A stretch of DNA of 64,000 nt from Gemmatimonadales bacterium (GTDB lineage Bacteria > Gemmatimonadota > Gemmatimonadetes > Gemmatimonadales > GWC2-71-9), in contig JBDSIR010000146.1 in assembly GCA_039917855.1 (NCBI GenBank), forward strand, positions 2,047 through 66,046, given 5' to 3'. Below the pieces are notes generated by a model. The model saw only the letters and a list, made by a program, of their open reading frames with translations, had not been told where the DNA came from and ran no database searches. Position numbers and translations under genes: made by a program. This document shows positions 61,131-64,000 of the stretch, piece by piece. How positions within the stretch are numbered: position 1 is the stretch's first letter; the number at the start of each line of letters is the position of its first letter.

Positions 61131-62417
61131 GTGCTCGGTGGCCTCGCCGTGCTCGCCGCCTGCGCCAAGTTCGGTCCTCCGCCGGGCGGCCCTCCCGACG
61201 CGATCGCGCCCGTGCTCGTCGCGACCCGCCCCGACTCCCTCGGCACCTTTCCCGATTTCCGTGGGGACGCGGAATTCATCTTCGATGAGACCATCTCGGA
61301 GGGAGGCTCGCCGAACTTCGGCTACGGGACCGGTGACCTCGAACGGATGGTGGTCCTCTCGCCCAGCGACGAGGTACCGCGGGTGAAATGGGAGCGGAGC
61401 CGCATCGCCGTGCATCCGCGCGAAGGGTGGCGGCCCAACACCGTCTACCGGATCGAGCTCCTCCCGGGGATCACCGACCTGCGGCGCAATCGCAGCCGCA
61501 GCGGCCAGATCATCACCTTCTCCACCGGTGCGCCCCTCCCGACCGATTCGCTGAGCGGGATCGTGATCGACTGGACCACCCGTCAGCCGGCCCGGCTCGC
61601 CGCGATCGAGGCGCTCCTCCTCCCCGATTCGCTGGTCTATCGCACGCAGAGCGACTCAACGGGCCGCTTCATCCTCGCACCGATCCCGCACGGGGCGTAT
61701 CTGCTTCGCGGCTTCCTTGACCAGAATCGGGATCGGCGGATCAACGGCAAGGAGAACTGGGACTCCGTCGGCGTGGCGCCGGCCCCGGCGGCTACGGCAG
61801 TGCTCTGGCTCGCGCCCCACGACACCCTCGCGCCGCGCGTGATGCAGGTGACCTGGCGCGACTCCCTGACCGTCGAAATCCAGCTCACCCAACCGATCGA
61901 CCCGTATCAGGTGCTCGACACATCGAACATCGTCGTGCTGCAACTCCCAGACTCCGTCCCGATGGTGGCGCGCACCTTCCGGACCAAACCGCTCGACGAC
62001 TCCCTCGTGGCCCGCGCCAGAGTGGAGGCCGACAGCCTTCGTGCCGACTCGCTCAAGCGGGCGCGGCCCGATACGGGCCAGCGGCCGGGACTACCCGGTC
62101 GCATCGTGGCTCCCCCGGCCCCTGCGCCGACCCCGATCCTGCGTCGGCGTGCGGGGGTACCGATCGACAGCACCGTCATCAAGCTGGCGCAGACCCGTCC
62201 CGCTTTGGGCGACCGGTTGGTCCTCCGGTTGGCTGCCCCGATGCCGCCTGAATCGAGGTATGTGCTCGAGGTGCGCGGGATCCGGAATGTGAATGGGGTG
62301 GCGGGGAACGCGGCCGGCGGATTCGCGGCCCCCAGGCAGCCACCGCCGCCGCCGCCGAAGGCCGCTGCCGACAGCACCCGTCAGGACAGTACCGCCGTCC
62401 CGCCGAGGCGACCCTGA
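61131..62417 (+). CDS. Lipoprotein with SbsA-type Ig-like domain
   Basis: Track ORF 60903-62417. Lipobox LAVLAAC at about 61140. Has PPDAIAPVLVATRPD and WRPNTVYRIELLPGITDL. The start is uncertain: the GTG at 61131 gives a short signal peptide, while the upstream part is the tandem repeat. Confidence 0.7.
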   Translation: MLGGLAVLAACAKFGPPPGGPPDAIAPVLVATRPDSLGTFPDFRGDAEFIFDETISEGGSPNFGYGTGDLERMVVLSPSDEVPRVKWERSRIAVHPREGWRPNTVYRIELLPGITDLRRNRSRSGQIITFSTGAPLPTDSLSGIVIDWTTRQPARLAAIEALLLPDSLVYRTQSDSTGRFILAPIPHGAYLLRGFLDQNRDRRINGKENWDSVGVAPAPAATAVLWLAPHDTLAPRVMQVTWRDSLTVEIQLTQPIDPYQVLDTSNIVVLQLPDSVPMVARTFRTKPLDDSLVARARVEADSLRADSLKRARPDTGQRPGLPGRIVAPPAPAPTPILRRRAGVPIDSTVIKLAQTRPALGDRLVLRLAAPMPPESRYVLEVRGIRNVNGVAGNAAGGFAAPRQPPPPPPKAAADSTRQDSTAVPPRRP

Positions 62418-62992
62418 TGGCCCAGCGAGCGGGGGTGCCGCCACTGCCGGGGGCGCGTCCAGCCGCGTTCTTGGACCGCGACGGGACCATCATCGAGGAT
62501 CCCGGCTACCTCGACCACCCCGAACAGGTCCAGCTCATCCCCGATGCAGCCTCCGCCATCCGTCGGCTCAATGAAGCGGGGTGGGTCGTCGTCGTCATCA
62601 CCAACCAGAGCGGCATCGCCCGCGGCTATTACACCGAGGCCGACTACGAGACGGTGCGCGCGCACGTCGACGAACTCCTGTCGCGCCAAGGGGCGCGCGT
62701 CGACGCGCACTATCACTGCCCCCATCATCCCAGCGTTTCGGCCTGCGAGTGCCGCAAGCCCGGGCTCAAGCACTTCCTCCACGCCATCGGCCGGTTCGGG
62801 ATCGATCCCGCGAAGAGCTGGTGCGTCGGCGACAAGGTGGGCGACGTCACTCCAGCGATCCGACTCGGCGCCCACGGCCTCCTGGTCCGCACCGGCGAAG
62901 GGGTCGCCAATCGGGTCGAGGCCGAACTGGCGGGGTTCGGCTCGGTGCCCGACCTCGCCGCCGCGGTGAGTCGGATGCTGGGGGGCGGGTAG
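62417..62992 (+). CDS. gmhB: D-glycero-beta-D-manno-heptose-1,7-bisphosphate 7-phosphatase (HAD-IIIA)
   Basis: 191 aa: FLDRDGTII, VVVITNQSGIARG, CPHHP..C.CRKP, VGDK. The stop TAG lies in the first unit of an octamer array. Confidence 0.85.
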   Translation: MAQRAGVPPLPGARPAAFLDRDGTIIEDPGYLDHPEQVQLIPDAASAIRRLNEAGWVVVVITNQSGIARGYYTEADYETVRAHVDELLSRQGARVDAHYHCPHHPSVSACECRKPGLKHFLHAIGRFGIDPAKSWCVGDKVGDVTPAIRLGAHGLLVRTGEGVANRVEAELAGFGSVPDLAAAVSRMLGGG

Positions 62993-63200
62993 GCGGGTAG
63001 GCGGGTAGGCGGGGGGAATGTCGATTCGGGATCAGGCCATAAGAGGTGTCATCCCGAGCAGAGCGAGGGATCTAGCTCGCTTCGACCGGGGCCTGGACGC
63101 ACCCTCAACGCTTCGCCGGGTAGATCCCTCGCTCTGCTCGGGATGACATTGGTCGCCCCCCGCTGGATGCCCACTCTACCCGCCTGACCGCCTTCCCCCC
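62984..63200. repeat. GCGGGTAG-type octamer array with a partial inverted copy, enclosing a 100-bp TIR element
   Basis: ggcgggtaggcgggtaggcgggtaggcgggggg at 62984-63015. The inverted ctacccgcctgaccgccttcccccc is at 63176-63200. Confidence 0.7.
63048..63147. mobile_element. 100-bp MITE-like element, GTCATCCCGAGC family
   Basis: Ends gtcatcccgagcagagcgagggatct (63048-63073) and tagatccctcgctctgctcgggatgac (63121-63147). Same length and ends as 45058-45157, but a different interior. Confidence 0.8.
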
Positions 63201-63211
63201 TATTTTCACGG

Positions 63212-63805
63212 ATGCGCATCGCGGTAGCGGTCTCGGGGGGAGGCTCCAATCTGCAGGCCCTCCTCGACACCCTGCCCCCGGGCGGACCGACCCACGTCGC
63301 GCTGGTGCTGAGTAATTCGACCAAGGCGGGCGCTCTGGAGCGCGCGCGGGCCCACGGGGTCCCGACCGCGGTCCTCGTCGACCACGGCTCGACGGACGAA
63401 TGGCTCGCGCTGCTGCGACACCACCGGATCGATCTCCTCGTCCTGGCCGGGTACCTCAAGCTGGTGCCCCCCGGAGTGATCGCCGCGTATCGCGGGCGGA
63501 TCCTCAACGTGCACCCCGCCCTGCTCCCTGCCTTCGGCGGACCCGGGATGTACGGCAAGCGGGTGCACCAGGCGGTGCTCGACGCCGGCGCCACCGAGAG
63601 CGGCTGCACCGTGCATCTGGTGGATGAGCTCTTCGACCAGGGCGAGATCCTGGCCCAGGCCCGGGTGCCGGTCTTGCCGGGCGACACCGCGGAGAGCCTC
63701 GCCGCCCGCGTGTTGACCGCCGAACATCAGTTGCTGCCGAGAGTCGTGCTGGCCATCGCGGCCGCCGGACACCCTGTCCCTCTCGCTGACCGCCCGACCG
63801 CCTGA
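63212..63805 (+). CDS. purN: Phosphoribosylglycinamide formyltransferase
   Basis: 197 aa: [45 protein letters not shown]. Confidence 0.93.
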   Translation: MRIAVAVSGGGSNLQALLDTLPPGGPTHVALVLSNSTKAGALERARAHGVPTAVLVDHGSTDEWLALLRHHRIDLLVLAGYLKLVPPGVIAAYRGRILNVHPALLPAFGGPGMYGKRVHQAVLDAGATESGCTVHLVDELFDQGEILAQARVPVLPGDTAESLAARVLTAEHQLLPRVVLAIAAAGHPVPLADRPTA

Positions 63806-63819
63806 CCGCCGGACCGCCC

Positions 63820-64000
63820 ATGCCACGCGCCCTGATCTCGGTGAGCGACAAGCGAGGGATCGTCCCGTTCGCCCAGGGCCTCGTGCGCCAGGGGTGGGAG
63901 ATCATCTCCACCGGCGGCACCGCCGCGGCGCTGCAGGCCGCGGGGGTCCCGGTCGTCCCGGTCGACCAGGTCACCGGATTTCCCGAGATCCTCGACGGGC
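63820..64000 (+). CDS. purH: Bifunctional AICAR transformylase/IMP cyclohydrolase, N-terminal fragment (runs off window)
   Basis: My translation from the ATG at 63820 is [60 protein letters not shown], the canonical PurH N-terminus. Confidence 0.9.
   Translation, partial: MPRALISVSDKRGIVPFAQGLVRQGWEIISTGGTAAALQAAGVPVVPVDQVTGFPEILDG

Noticed and set aside
62401-62460. My manual indexing of this printed line appeared 1 nt out of register with the ORF-track frames for the lipoprotein stop and gmhB start.
   Set aside because: The track translations (stop/start overlap TGATG at 62415-62419 and the DRDGT motif in frame) are internally consistent. I attribute the discrepancy to my own reading of the line and used the track coordinates. 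I am not claiming a frameshift.

Overview
High-GC (about 70%) gene-dense bacterial chromosome segment, mostly minus-strand operons of housekeeping and central-metabolism genes. These include recQ, aspS, thrS, valS, prfC, eno, glyA, rpiB, purN/purH, thiL, plsC and rlmN. There is a phoH-HD hydrolase-ybeY-corC-corC-mgtE-ubiB chain and a leucine/acyclic-terpene-type acyl-CoA operon with a split B12 acyl-CoA mutase plus MeaB. Thiolase, Hbd and leucine dehydrogenase genes, one tRNA(CAU) and one RelE/Phd cassette are also present. Gene content and repeat types suggest a soil Gemmatimonadota/Acidobacteriota-like organism, but that is inference only. I saw no transposase, integrase, CRISPR array, rRNA or recognisable defence system. 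The most unusual content is non-genic: a dense population (20 or more loci, 14 or more sequence types) of hairpin elements whose arms are tandem 7-8-mer arrays. They sit at gene boundaries, often supply the stop or start codon, and are sometimes inserted in frame inside essential genes (valS, recQ, an enoyl-CoA hydratase, AtuA). Several types present stop codons in all three frames to ribosomes entering from either side. Other points worth a second look are two related TIR (MITE-like) families, an orphan secreted-protein gene with atypical codon usage bracketed by 98-bp direct repeats, a 36-bp tandem array, and a 283-bp structured intergenic element with two GUAA-capped hairpins. An eRF1/Pelota-like (baeRF-type) gene also sits between the two halves of the split mutase. 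All calls come from reading the sequence and ORF track; no database search was possible.
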